From Dipteris shenzhenensis (lineage: Eukaryota), in the NCBI GenBank assembly GCA_047967505.1, contig CM106538.1: a DNA stretch of 64,000 bases; one strand, written 5' to 3'. Numbering within the stretch: position 1 is the first letter of the stretch; each line of letters begins with the position of its first letter. Positions 46,883 through 61,200 of this stretch are shown one piece after another. Below the pieces are notes generated by a model, which ran no database searches, was not told the origin of the DNA, and saw only the letters and a program-made list of their open reading frames with translations. The translations under genes were made by a program, and so were the position numbers.

Positions 46883-48942
46883 TAACATATTACATATTGA
46901 GTTGGTGCCCCAAGAGTGCTTCTTCTATGGGCTTCTCTTTTGCAATTGGCTAAAATTAATGCCTACTAAATTGGACAAAGACTTTTCACATGAGCCAAGG
47001 TCAAGAGATGAATAATGTTTCTAAGCTTTGAAAGAGGTTATTTGTTTGTGTATGGGCCAAACAAAAATCTAGGTAGGACTTGATTCTAGAAGAAATATTT
47101 GCTTCATGTGGATAAGAAAATGAATGGAATCTTACATACGCAAATGATTTCATATATTTAATTATTAATGTCAAATGCATAGATTGCATACTATTGTTCA
47201 ATCTATCATCCTATGAAGATCACCCTACATCTGGGTGGTAGGGCAATTCTCTTTTCTAGATAACTTATGAGTGCATAGTGAGCTGGGTGCAACAAATGTA
47301 ACGAATGGCATGCAATCAAAAGAGCAATGAAGTAATGGAAAGAAAGGTAAATAGATTGTGTCTTTCTTCTCTTCTCATCCCTTCAATCTTTTCTTCATTC
47401 TTGTCTCCTGTTACCTCACCAACCTTCTCAAGGATCCTCTTGCCTGTCATCTTGCCAACCTTCTCCTTATCACTCTTCTCTTCTTTCATCATCATATCTT
47501 TCCATCTCTACTCGGTCTTCTTACTTTGGAACTCCTTGTGAGGGTGATGAGGATCCGCTTCCTTGTCCTTGTCAAAACCTACCCAAATTTATAGAGCTAG
47601 AATTTTTTGACTCTCTTGGTAACTCCTTTAGCCTCTTGGAGTTCAACATCAATGATGGTGAATTGGTTGGCCTACTTACACTCCTTTGTTAAGGATTCAT
47701 CTTCTTCGATGATGGTTTCTAGCCTTCTTCTTGTTGGCATGCTGAGTGCTATAGATAATTGTTCTCTTTTGTGCTAGTGCCATATTTTCCTTCTTGCTCT
47801 TTCATTTGGTGGCTCTATCATCCACTTCTCTTGAGTCACTCACACTCTACCAACTTCTCTAACGCTTGTGATCTATAGCCATCAATAGGATCCCAAATGT
47901 TAATGTCAAACACAAAGATTGTGTGCTACAGTTCAGTCTATCATCTTGTGAAGCCCACCATGCATCTAAGTGGTAGGGAAATTTCCTTTTCTTGATAACC
48001 AGTGAGTGTATAGCAAATCAGATGTAATGAATGCAAGGCATGGCATGCAATCAAAAAGAGCAATGACCAAATTGTAATGGAATATGTATGAATAAGAGAC
48101 TTGGAAAGAGAGTTTTATAACTTCCAATTGGCCAAATACTGTAGTGCATGGCTGCACTGAATGCACTCAGACCTTTACCCAAATGATGGACCTTTCCTAC
48201 TTTCACTCATGGACTATTTATATGGATAGAGTAGTCTAACACACAACTAACGAACATGGTGGGTGCTACCCACTGCCCTTACAATGATTGAATTTTGAAT
48301 GCCATTTAATTCTCAGACCATTTACTTCAACGTGATGTTCGAGCACAATGTACATTTGATTTTCATATAACCACTACCGTCCCTTATCTTTATTATTGCT
48401 TAGACTGGTGAACAACACAGACTGGTAAGTTTGTTGTGCTCGTTACTTCCCCTAGTCTTTGAGCCACTCATCCAACATGTCATTTGGTGGGAACATCATC
48501 TACACACTTGGTCCTTCCCTTGAGCTCCCCCCTTGTCTTTTCATTCAAGCCCCATTTTTTCCTTTGATTGGAGTGCCTAGATTTGGCTTTATAATTAGTT
48601 GATTCCTAGAGTTTAGCATTAGCTATCCCTTGATGTAAAATCTATGACAATTATCAGGGATGCATGTGCTAGACAGTATTTGACAATGAAACTACATTTA
48701 AAGGTATCACTCTTTGAAGATAAGATTAGCCGATGATATGTCATCACATTTGATACATTACCCTAATCATACCACAAAGGACCATTCACAGAGCTATCAA
48801 GGGGGTTCACACAAAAATATCCACGTACTCATGAATTTGATTCCTATAGTGACTCCATGGGCATTGGATAAAATGTAGTCATAGGATTTAGGATATCTAC
48901 TATATACAAGTTCATGGTTCATTGGGTCAACTATCCATTGAA

Positions 48943-49085
<143 letters not shown>

Positions 49086-51479
49086 TACCAAACGATCTAG
49101 CCTACTACACTACTAAACCAGTTTCCAATACTATAGTAACGCAAATGCAAACATACACCATTACCCTTTTCAAACACCAAGTGAAAGTAGTCCCTTCATA
49201 TTCAACCTCTTCAAATAGAGTATCAAAGTGGGAGTCAACACAATTATTCCCATTCATACTAATAAATTTTCAAATTACAAGAAGAGGCTAGAGTGATCCC
49301 CAATAGTTGATTCATTCCTACATTACAAGAAATAGAGATAATACACCATCATGTCCTCCTCGAATTTGCCAACGCCGTATTATGAGTCCATTAAATCATG
49401 CCAAAGATTTCATAATGCAAATTTGATGGAGAGGTATGCCGATGCACTTGGCACCATCATAACCAAATGAAAGCTAGAACTATTCATTCAAGCTGTGGTA
49501 TCCAAGCTTCAATGCCAACACACAGTTATCAAATCTTGGAAATCTTAATACTCAAAAAATAATCAGCAGCAACGAGTTGGCATTTAGATAGATAATGAAA
49601 TGCTTATTAAATGTTAGAATAATACCCAAGGAAATAAATGGAGTAATCAAAGGCCCCATTGTCCATTGATCAATTCTCAACCAATCATGATATCGAATCA
49701 TGTTAGGCCTACAAACAAGAAGCCAAAATTATGCATAGAAACTAGCATATAGAACCAAAGTGTAAAACATGTCTTAACTCAGTTCATATCCAAGATAATC
49801 CCATGATTCATTTAAATAATCTATAACAGGGCCAAAAAAATTTCTAAGCCAATGGTCCAAGATTATCCTAATCATAATATTCCCATTATGAAACATTAGC
49901 TAAAAAGTCTCAAAACTTTTTAGCTCCTTGGTATATAAAATTTTCAAGCATGTTGTATTAGTCCAAGGGCTAATAAAGAGTTACACAATTGTAGAATCTT
50001 GCCTTAGGTTTTTAGTCCTCCCGATCCTAAATAATTATAGAGAGATCTTAAAGAAACCTTTAAAGTATAGAAAGTCCCACTCAAATGCTACGAAGCAATG
50101 TGACAAGAACCAAGGTATTACACTGTTCATGGGCATTGTTCAAGTATATAGATAAATATATTTTGACATATATCCATGAAATTAATTATTTCAATCCATG
50201 GAGCCAAGTTATGGTCTTGAAATGCAAACAATTGAAATTTTCTTTTGCTGGGCTACTATACGTTATCTAGTATCTACTATACCTAAAATACCAAGTCGTA
50301 AAAGAAATCTTTCCCAATATAAGACACTTAAGTAAACTCCTCCTCTTTAAGTCACAAGCTTCCTTTAATCCTCCTAAAATAATCTATACTTAATAAGAAA
50401 TTTAATAATTATTCTCAAGGAAATTCCCTCATTTTCTTTTCTCATGAATAATAGAATAAAGTCCTAGTAAAATTTAGAGCAAAGGACAACTTTAAACTGC
50501 ATCCTAAGCTCCACATACAAATTAAGCTCATATGCTCATTTACAATATAGTGAGTTTGTGAGAGACAATCCTAGAGATGTCAGGCTTATTCTTTAAGCAA
50601 CGTCTTCAAATAAAGTCTTTATTCATTTATATAGCAATAGTTAGAGGACCATATGTGAGCATTCCTCGTGAATAACAGAAACCTTAATCCAAATACTATT
50701 TGTATTCTTCCATGGACAGTCCAAATATCAAAAGAAAATCAACAGAGTGCAAGCGAAAGTAGATGGCACAGTCTCCTCACCTGATTGGCAGGGCATTCAT
50801 AGGAGGATTCCACATCTTTGTATGCCACAAGTTCATTAGGGAACATCATCTTTCTCAAGAGGGAGTCCATATCTTGTAGATAGAGAGGGGGTTGAGGATC
50901 ATCATAGTGGGTAGAAGGAGGTATACAAAGGGCATAGATTTATGGGAGCCATCAAGGTTCATCCCACAGTGCACAATGAAAGAGAGGGGAGAGTGACAAA
51001 TATTGAGCCTGCAGGAGAACAAGAAAGAATGGACGTGTGAGGAATGAAGATGAGTAGATAGTCAAGAAGAGGAGGTGGATAGTAGCTCAAGGGAAAGAAG
51101 CTATATGAGAATCCCATTAAGAGGACAGCTTTAAGAGGATTTGAGATATGGCAGGATGCACATATGCAAAATTATTTGAGGACCGTGAGGGATTGAAGAC
51201 TATGAGAGTGTCAAGGGAAGGAGGGTTGGAGGAAGTCTTGCTACCATATGGAGGAAGGAGAGTCAGCTATAGAAGAAGGACAAAGAAGGAGATGTAGCTA
51301 TGGATGAGGCTTGCTCATTATGAAGGGAAAGATGATGAAGATATTGAGAGGGAAATATATTTTAGGCTAGAAGGGGGCATTCGAGCACAGAGGCTTTACA
51401 AGGGGGAGGGAGGAGAAAAAGGACACCATATGGGCCACCTCTTATATGTATCTAAAGCATAAAGTATTAGGATAAGGTC

Positions 51480-51900
51480 TTCGTCCACCCCTTTGCTAGG
51501 CTTACAAGTGCACTTTGGCTCTATGCAACCTACCCATGGTGATAGAAGACATGTTATGGGATGGAAAAACAATCTTTATCATTTACATTTGGAGCAAAGC
51601 ATTTACCCACTAGAGACCAAGGTGGTACTATGGGAGAGGAGGAGGTGTTACACAAATATTACCAGTACCATGTAGGGAAGTAAGCCTCTTGAGAAATGGA
51701 GTCATTATGGCTATTTAGTTTTATGTAATTACTCCCACATTTCAAGAGGGTCCTTCCAAGAGGTCTCTTTCATGAGACGATTAGTATAAATGAGAGGTAA
51801 TTTTAGTGAGTACACATGGGATTAAGAAAAACCAAATTGTCTTAAGCTCCCATTCATGAGTTACATGGTAATTATTCAAATTTAACTCTATTAACATAGT
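51480..51900 (+). mobile_element. Possible 3' end of a Gypsy element (chromodomain-like relic, PPT, LTR start)
   Basis: IEDMLWD (EDATWE-like), LETKVVL, PPT GGGAGAGGAGGAGG directly followed by TGTTACAC at 51646. Confidence 0.4.
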
Positions 51901-52634
51901 TTTCTTAGACCATTAGATGGCATCAAAGAAAAAAGATGAGACTAAGAGGGCTATTTGGTGCTAAAAGTTTACGATGAGAGTATGAAATGTAGGGGTAGAG
52001 AAGAGCACAAGATGCATTGAGCTCGCATTAGAGAGGGAAACTAGGCATAATCAAGAGTCACGCCCAACAAAGATACATCATTTAATCAAGAACTACCATA
52101 TGGGATAAGAAAATCAATAAAAATCAAAACACATATGCAATTCTAAGTATGAAGAAAAGTTTGTGTGTGTGTGTGTGTGTGTGTGTTTAGATTTAATAAT
52201 CCCATCAATAAATGAACCATACAATTAATTCAATCATTTAAATAATTATAAAAAGCAATGAAATGATTTTTTTAAAAGAAAACTAAATTGATGTAACTTT
52301 TGACAATGTTGCAATCCAAAATTTTGGTAATGAAAGCAAGAGGATTGGCAATAGACTTTTTATTTATATTGAGTTTGCAAACTTGAGCAGTGAATTAGTA
52401 CAAAGTGTTGAATCTGTCAAGTAGTCCAGGCTCCAAGGTTAGGGTCCACTTACCTATCACCATCCACAGAAAACCATTTGTTAGAACAAATTTGGCATCA
52501 TGTGGGAAGACAGGTAATGCATGTTTTCCCCAGCTTGTTATCACTTACACTAAAGAGACTTAGAACTATAGACAAATTCTAAATGTTATGGACTCTTAAC
52601 TAATCGAAAGAAATGTCATGAGTCACAAAAGTAA

Positions 52635-52973
52635 GGGTTAGTGCACATCCACAGAGGATGAATTAAAGTGGCGGGTAGTCCACACCCACTAGTGACCTAT
52701 AGAAGAAAAATTTTCAAGGAAAAATCCACCACATCTAAGGTGCACAAACTACAATAGGGGGTAGTCCACACACACTGGTGAGAAACAGAAGGAAGTCTAG
52801 TCGATAAATATTCCATCCTCTAGAAACAAAATCCCAAGGGGGTAATGCACACCCTTTTAACATTATTAAATTAGCAAAAAGGGGGGTAGTCTACACCCTT
52901 ATGAGAAACAAAAATAACTCAATGTTTTGTAAACACCATTAAAGGAGAGGATGTAGGGGGGTACTCCACTCCC
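52635..52973 (+). repeat. Interspaced array of a ~17-bp motif GGGGGTAGTCCACACCC
   Basis: Copies at 52635, 52671, 52757, 52838, 52881, 52956 separated by mostly unrelated spacers. Confidence 0.75.
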
Positions 52974-54722
52974 ATGTTTTAAGGAAAAATGGTGGACATC
53001 TTTATGTAATAATGTCACAAAATGAAGCTAATCAATTCTTGCCTAAGTCTATGAATAAAGAAATTTTTAAAATAAAAGTTAGTTAACAAATAAATGAAAA
53101 CACTTTAGAAAAAGAGTAAGTCCACCCACAAGATTTGAGAGGAAACCATCATCATGAAAGCAATCTTTAAAGGTGAAACTCACAAGAAAAAAAGAATTTT
53201 TTTTACAAAAAAAGGAGTTAACTAAGTGTTATAAATGTTTATCTGAAGAAAATGAAAATAAAAAGGAAAGCCACATAACAACAATAAGGAAAAAATGTTT
53301 AACAAAAGAGATATATGTATATATATATATATATATAAGCACTAGATTGTATAAAAGCCAGAATAAAGCTTAAATTAAAAAGATAGGTTAATTAATTAAA
53401 GAAAAGGACAATATAAAGGAGGGCCACATAACCATAATACGAAAAAAAGTTAATAAAAAGAGACAAATAACTTTACTCTAGAAAGAGAACATAAAAAACA
53501 AAAGAGGAAAATAACAATAAAAAGGAAGTAAGGAAAAAGAGAAAAATAAATAATACATATATATATTTATTTATTTATTCATTTATTTATATAGCGAACC
53601 AAAGAGAGCCCAATAGCTAGCGAGCACTAAATAAAATATAAGTATATATAAGCATATACTATATAAACTTATAAAGGAATAAAGCAAGTTACAATAGACC
53701 CAATGAAAACTTATAGAAATTAAAGGGATAAAAAGCATTCTAAAATGTAAACGAGTTAGAAAGAAATAAAGAATTAAAATTTTCTAAGAGAGCTAGAGAG
53801 GGTATCTATACCAACAAGTGGAAGCAAAATAAATAAACTAAAAGGAATTAAACAACCACCAAGGTCATAAAAAGAAACTAAAAATAGAAAGGTCAGTCAA
53901 CTCTATGGTTGATTGACCAAAGTGAATGGGCTAAACATCTACAAAGTACGTGTCAATCGTAAACACAAGCAAATGTGTTTCTGAAATGTCGCTCACAAAA
54001 AGAAGAGCCTCCAAGCTACTTTTGTTAAAAATCGAGTTGCACCAAGAGAAGAGCCACGACCAAGTGATGAAGTGGAAACTTTTACACCATAGAAGCCCCA
54101 CCAAAGAGCTTTGGGAATAGTAAGCAGCTAGGAGTGAAGCCATAAGGACAGCCAACCTGGAGCCATAAGGAGCCCACAATGAAGGCAAGAGTCGCCCACC
54201 TTGGCAAGAGATGCGATTAAAGAGTAAAGCACGTCACTTACCGAAAAGCTTGAAGGTATAAGTGTACCAGAGCTAAAGCATGCAACAAGGAGGAGGGGAA
54301 TAGGTGCGAACACAAGGTCGATGACCAACAGATGAGGTAAAGGAGTAAAACATCAAAGCACAACATATCATGTCATCCAAGAGATTCCGCTCCCTCTTGT
54401 ACATATGAAACCTCTTCTTTTCCCTTGTGTTTGTAGTATTTTGAGTTGCATTGGAGTGGAGCCTCACTCTATTAACAATGAAGATCACTTCGTATTCCCT
54501 CTCTTAAGTCTCTCTTCCCTTTTCTTTCTTTCAAAGCCTTAAAAGTTCTTTCTATTCGGCCCCTCATTGCACACACATGGTCCATCCATTTCTCGAGCCA
54601 CCAAGGGAGTTACTTACCCTATTCTAGGTGAAATCTATGAGTGGTGGATTGTTGATGAAGGTGGATTCTTGAGGGAGCATCTTGCTCAGGAGAAATTAGC
54701 ATGAGTGGAGGGCAGTTTTAAT

Positions 54723-55008
54723 GATAGTTTGACCCCCTGTTAGTGTTTTGCTCATAACTTTCTGCTCAATAGTCCGATTTTAATGAAACTTATATCAGCA
54801 CGAAGCTCTCTTGAAGATGCATGTTTCTATGTGATTAGACCTTGAATCAGATACTACTGTAGAAAGTTATGAGTCTCTGTTTTTTTTTAAGATAGTTTTT
54901 ACCCCCGTCGAGTAAACCGCCCATAACTTTCTGGCCGCTTCTTTGTTTCTTATGAAACGTATATCAACGCAAAGCCCATCTCAAGCTGCATCTCTATCTT
55001 TGATATCA
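54723..55008. repeat. Diverged tandem repeat, 168-bp period
   Basis: GATAGTTT..ACCCCC..CATAACTTTCTG..ATGAAAC.TATATCA..C..AAGC..TGCAT at 54723 and 54891. Confidence 0.7.
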
Positions 55009-55498
55009 TGTCTCTACTAAAATTTATAGGCCTCTGTATCTAATAACAGTTTGTAGAGTGTTTTGAGCTAATTGTAAAGGTATCTATGAAGGAGGTGCAA
55101 TGTTTCCTCGGAACCTACCCATCCGACCCAATCAACCTCTTCAAACTCCTCGATATATATCAGTTCATGTCATGTTGAGCTGCAAGGTCTTCTTTCAACA
55201 ACGTATCGCTCTTCTCTTTGGCATAGACCAGCTTGCTGAGATTATGGCCTCTGCTGATCCTTTCCTTCTCCCTATGCTTGAGTACAACATCACTTGGGAT
55301 GTTACCATCTTCATTCTCATCTAAGGGAGGAAAGTATAGTGTGGTATCTCGGCATAAAAGCTTCTTTTTAATGTCCCTTTCTCAACGATAAATAAATGGG
55401 GGAAGAACCAAGTTAGGGGGTTTTCGAAGATACAAAAGTGGGAAAAAAAGAAGGGGAAGGTAGGGATGCTTCTAAGAAAAAATTTTATTGAGAAAATT

Positions 55499-55538
55499 AT
55501 GTGTGTGTGTGCATGCGCATGCGCATGCATGCACGCAC

Positions 55539-55586
<48 letters not shown>

Positions 55587-55614
55587 GAACATGAGATAAT
55601 TATTAAGCAAAATT

Positions 55615-55647
<33 letters not shown>

Positions 55648-55690
55648 GTGTGTGTGCATGTGTAAAGAAATAAGTGTTTGTGTGTGTGAG
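55499..55690. repeat. Interrupted (TG)n microsatellite cluster
   Basis: Directly visible. Confidence 0.92.
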
Positions 55691-56799
55691 ATACATAGAA
55701 TGCGTCTTTTCTCTGAGCAATTTGATTGAGCACATTTTTCTGAGCATGGCCTATATTGTGGTTTCATGGACAATTTTATCAAAACATCACACCCCCTACT
55801 ACCCCACAAAGATTCAATACATTTAATTACATTTCTTTCCAATAGGGTTTTGGGTTTATAAGATCCCTTTATTCACAAAACTACTTTCCATGTCTACTTC
55901 ATTTCAACATCCGCCACCTACATCATCCATCATGCATACTATCATGATAGATACTGATTTATCGATGAAATGATTGCAAGTCACATGTGCAAATTTGCAT
56001 GCATCTAGGCCGAAACATTTATTAGTTGCATCAAGGAGATACTTTAAGATTCAATTCACCATGATGATCATTTGTACACAGCTCATAGTTTTGACATGTA
56101 AACCTTAACTAAGTTTGACATGATTGTCACATGTCTAGAAAATAGTAAAATTTTTATGAAACCAACATGCTTGAATATGTGATATTGAGATTAATATTCA
56201 TGGGTACTCACATGATGTACTAAATAGTTCTACAACATGATTACAAAAGCTATATAACTAAGCTTTCGATTAGCATTAATTCTAGCGGTTTTTTTGTCCA
56301 TGAAAACCCAATTCTTCCTGTAAGACAAGAAATAATTTAGTGAAAAGAATAGAAAAAAGTATTATAAGAGTGTTAGTTAGAAAGTTAGCAAATAATTAGA
56401 GATTAATTGCATAATAAGTGGTGGGAAGTGTAGAGAGATGCAAGACCGACAAGGAATTAATTACTAAAAAAATACACAAAGACACAACTACTAGGAATTT
56501 ATCACCTAGAATTAATTATGCCCATGCAACAAGAAAGAGAGAGACAATAATTAAATGAAATGCCCATGTAATAAGCAAGAAAGGGACAATCATCCAAGGA
56601 AGGTAATAGTATAATGAGCAATAACTATGAAACAGTAAAATAAGCTCATCTATATGTAACTATAGAGAAGCCTACATAATGGAGGGAGCATAGAAGAGCA
56701 ACGTATTCCATGAGTAATAGTGCATTTGTAGTTATAAGCTAGTAGTGGCTCAAGGTTGGTTAAGGGGCAAGGTAGGCCAATAATGCTAAGGGGAGTGAC

Positions 56800-57360
56800 A
56801 ATGCCTGGAGAAGAAACCATGAAGACCGAAGAGGCAATGGCTGTTCAAGACTGGTTCACAGTAGGTAGAGTATAAAATCGATAGAGCTACTGGAAAAGGG
56901 AATACTTAAAAGATTTCCCTACGTAGGCTTAAGTGGTAAGAAGAAGGAGAGCTCACGAGAGAGCGAGCAAGGAGAGTATGCACCAGCCATGAGAGCCTTG
57001 CGTAGTGAAGTACGTAGCATGAGCGTTATGATTATCATGTAGGTACGGGATTATACAAAAACAAAGGAAGGTAATGACCTACGCCAAAGTAAAGCAGCAA
57101 GCAGCAACTGACATCAAAGCATCAGTGACCCAAACACTAAGAAATCGATACTGTAACTATGAACTCCACAGCTTCGACGAGACCTAGATGAGAGCTGGTA
57201 AGTAGTGATAATCTAAGTTAAAGGCATGGCTTGACTACAAGCATAGAGCTAAATGGAGGACCGTAGACAACACCAATGCGAGGACACTCTGACTGTCAAT
57301 CTCTCACATTCTCACAAGGATAGTGCTTCAGAGGAAGGGACAGCCATGCTGTGATAACAT
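56800..57360 (-). mobile_element. Possible very degenerate LINE ORF2 fragment
   Basis: QHGCPFL (QGCPLSP-like, ~57335-57352) and LNSHCL (RxxSHxL-like, ~56830-56850) in the expected order. Confidence 0.35.
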
Positions 57361-57549
57361 GAACAAATATGAAGAGGGAGAGGAGAAGAGTGGAGATGAG
57401 GAGGGAGGACATAGCTAGAGAGCACACCGCAAATGACTAACTATACACTAGATTAGTTGAAAAGAATCAATATATAGAAACCCCTTTGTGTTAGGGTCAG
57501 GGTTGGAAACCCCTTTGTGTTAGGGTCAGGGTTTCCAACCCTTGTGCCT

Positions 57550-57900
57550 TTTAGCACTCTTTATGTTAGTGATATGCACACATGGTATTGAGATGAATCC
57601 TCAACAATAGAAGCTCTCAAGAAGAGATTGGATGATTTGTCCAAAATCAATGAATTGAGGCTTAGGGCAACCTAGACACAAAGTGTAATCCAATGGGGAA
57701 GAAAGGCGTGCCATGACTGCCACATCAAGAGACAAGTATAGTGCCTAACTTGCGGCAATGAAGCAAGGCCATACCAAATCAAGGAGTGATTTGAGAATGA
57801 GATCATAAATCTAGAAGATCTAGAAGGAAACAAACTACCACAACAAATCAATAAGATGAAGATCAAATTGTTTTGGCCAGAAATTGAGTTTGTTTGGGAA
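57550..57900 (+). mobile_element. Gypsy integrase C-terminal fragment
   Basis: EALKKRLDDLSKINELRLRAT resembles the coiled region at 28520-28620. Confidence 0.4.
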
Positions 57901-58174
57901 GAATTTGTCGAGGTAATCACAAAGAGTAACATCATGGGCACCAATCGCAAAGGGTTGTTACACATTAAATTAGGTTAACATGCAATCAAGCAAGATCATG
58001 ATGGAGGGGAGTGCCACCATGATGAGGGAGAATCTAAAGATGGAAAAGAGAGGTGTGAAAAGAATGGTGATCTGATAGTTGATAGGAAGATGTGGTGACA
58101 GACCCTAAACGCCCCAATACATAAGCCTTCCAAAAAATTTGGGTGCACTTTTCTCATTCAAGCACTGAATAATC

Positions 58175-58189
58175 CTCTCTCTCTCTCTA

Positions 58190-58247
<58 letters not shown>
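58175..58247. repeat. (CT)n microsatellite
   Basis: Directly visible. Confidence 0.95.
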
Positions 58248-58250
<3 letters not shown>

Positions 58251-59239
58251 CATAGCCTCTGAAACCCACACCTCCCATGATGAGATTAGATGCTTTAAGC
58301 CATCCAAAGTGAAAGGCAACCAAAAAGGGTGAGGAGCTGACACCAAAAAAGATGAAGTCCAAAAAACCAAAGGGACAAGAGGTCAATGCACCTCCTATTC
58401 ATCAATGGCCACTTACATCAATCAACTATATGAATCGCATGAGCCTTAATGCATTATTCAATGTTGCTTGAATGTGACATTCAATTTAGGCCATAGAAGC
58501 CATGAACTCGTATGATCCAAAAATGAAGCTTTTTCAAGTGAAGGGACACAGAGTAACGACAAGCAAAGTCAAAGTGGCCACCATCCTAAAGCTCTTGAAT
58601 GGAGAGATGGTTCCCCTTAACCCCTCAAAAATCAATTGTGATGACCTCTTCAAATACGATGCATGGTTGCAAGGCGAGGGATCCGTGACTAGCAAGGTCA
58701 AAGAGGGGAGCTTTTAAAGGTTTCTTTAAGCTCCTCTTTGAACAAATTCATGGACACTTGCATGCTAAGAATGTTAGTCCATAAGGCAATTAGGGGGAGC
58801 GAAGGTCAATTTGGAGAAATTGATGGCCATGTAGATCAATGAACAAGTGGTAAAGATGAAGTCAAGATAGATAGGGGCAAACCTTTGCCTCATGGCACAA
58901 AGTAGTTAGGAGATTCCAAGCCAACCACCACCCCCCAACAACCAACATTTTTGAAGGATCATTTGACAAACCATCCTCAGAAAATAAGGCATGAATAGCC
59001 ACCCCTCTACCTAAATTCTAAAAGTAGTAGAAACCCGTTAAATAATCCATGAAGTTAGAAGCGTCGGTGTTGATTAGATATGATTTAATGCTATCTATCC
59101 TTTTGATGGGTAGGTGCAAATTATTGTAAGTATGGGTGGGTAATACTTGCAAATGTCAAAGATTTGTGTAAATAAAAGTCTTACAGTCCTAGGAGTTTGG
59201 GTCATCTTGTTTTTTTCTTTTGAGAAAAGTTCAAAATTG

Positions 59240-59735
59240 TATTAGAAAAGCAAAAAAGAGGATACAAAAGAAAAAGGAAGAGTTTCACTAAAAAGTAGTT
59301 GCCACAACATGTCATTTTGCTTCGAAAAATGTTTGCAAATCCTTAATAGGTTTTCCACGACCAGCTCATGCATGAAGTTTAGCCATTGCCCTTTGTTAAA
59401 CACAACAATATTTTTAACTTCCCAGATATGAATAATAACCAATACTCTAACCAGTTGCTCCTAAATACAAAAAAGGGCTTCATTTACTCTACCTCTATCA
59501 CCCAAAATGGCTTTCCTTCAAGTAGGCCGAATGAAAATAGAAAAGGATTCCAAACTTTTGCATATTTTACCCAAAGACCTTTCACTGGGGGGCATTCCCA
59601 AAACAAATGCAGAATAGTTTCTTTCTTGGACTTACATAAAGGGCAAAGGAGAGATATTCTCGAATTCCTGCACTTACAAACTATAAGATCATCCAAGGGA
59701 GCATGTTGCTTCCATAGCTCCTTATTCTGAACCAT
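59240..59735 (-). mobile_element. 5'-truncated L1-type LINE 3' end (zf-RVT)
   Basis: CPLCKSKKETILHLFWECP..LW and HIWEVKNIVVFN, typical of the plant L1 ORF2 C-terminus. Confidence 0.8.
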
Positions 59736-60279
59736 AACTGACTAAGAAGATTCTGCTCTAAATTCATTCATTGTACAAGCTCGAAATGGTTTCATTGACG
59801 CAGTAACATCCTCCACTCTAAACACAGTGCTACTAGGCTAGTACCTTTTAATTCTCGTTAGCAGTAAAGACATCACACTAGATTCTCTTTAGGAGTAAAG
59901 AAATCACACTAGATTCTCTGGAAATTAATTGAAATAATGCAGTCTTAAGTTGTTGAATAGAAAGCCACACACCCGTTCCTGGCTCATCTTGTTGCTAGAG
60001 CAACACGAGTATATAGAGTGTGGCCTCAGTGCTCTTTGTATACCAATTGGCTAAGTAATAAAAGAAGATCAATTCTAGTTTGTTGTGCATATCTTTCTCT
60101 TTCGATTTATTTTCTAAGTTGTGTGTTTCCCCCTTGCCGCCTCACAACTTACATACATTGCATCCCACTTGCACTTGTTCATTGTGAGCAAACTTTCACT
60201 TGGTTATCGGGGACAAACCAAGGCACCAGCAAGTAGTACCACGATTCGACATTAACAATGTGACACAAGTTAGAGAACC

Positions 60280-61200
60280 TCTCAGCTTCTATTCAATAAT
60301 GTCATGGAAGAAGAGTATAATGGCATTCATAAGAATGATTCTTGGGAGTTGCAGAACCACCCAAGGGAAAGAATATCATTGGCTACAAATGTGTCTACAA
60401 GGTCAGACATAAGACCAATGGAAGTGTAAACAAATACAAAGAAAGGCTAGTGGCAATGGGATACGCTCAGTAAGAGGGCCTTAATTTTATGGAAACCTTT
60501 GCACTGGTAAGTAGGATGAAGACCATCTAATTGGTACTCTATTACATGCAATATGGGGTAACAATTGCATTTGATGGATGTCAAGTCTACATTCTTGAAT
60601 GGAAAACTGTAAGAGGAGATATACATCGAGCAACCACAAGGATTTGTTGAGAAAGGATTTAAACATTTAGGAAGTAAATTGCAGAAGGCACTTTATGGTA
60701 TCAAGCAAGCCCCATGGACTTGGTTAAGTAAGATTGGTAGCTACTTTAGAACGAGCCACAATTGGTAGGTTTCTATGATGCAGATTGAGAAGATGAGATT
60801 AAGGGGATTGGTCCACACACAAGTCTATTTTAGGATACACATCTATGCCAAATTCTCATTATGTATCTTGATTTAGCAAGAAGCAACGACAATTGTGGTA
60901 TTGTTTATAGTAGAGCTTAGTACGTCCGGTGTGCATGTGAGTAATATGGCTTCATATTTCTTGGAAGATCTTGGTGTGGTCCCAAATGGTGCTTCCATGG
61001 TCTTTTGTGACCATCATAGTGCCACTGTTGGCAAAAAATTTGAAAGATCATGAAGGGTTAAAGCACATTGATATCTGTTACCATATCATTTGGTGGATGA
61101 AGGGATCGCCTAGCTTATTCGCTGTCTCTCCAAGGATCATGTAGTAGATATGTTCATGAAAGCCCTACTTGATCGAACTTTGAAAAATGCAAAAGCTTTT
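60280..61200 (+). mobile_element. Degenerate Copia RT/RNase H fragment
   Basis: MEEEYNGIHKNDSWEL..IGYKCVYKV..GSVNKYKERLVAMGYAQ..ETFA; MDVKSTFLNG; KALYGIKQAP; SKKQ; KHIDICYH. Confidence 0.85.

Noticed and set aside
49300-51450. Possible LINE endonuclease/RT relic on the minus strand
   Set aside because: Only vague motif echoes (INGQ, DDPQP); no boundaries or convincing catalytic motifs.
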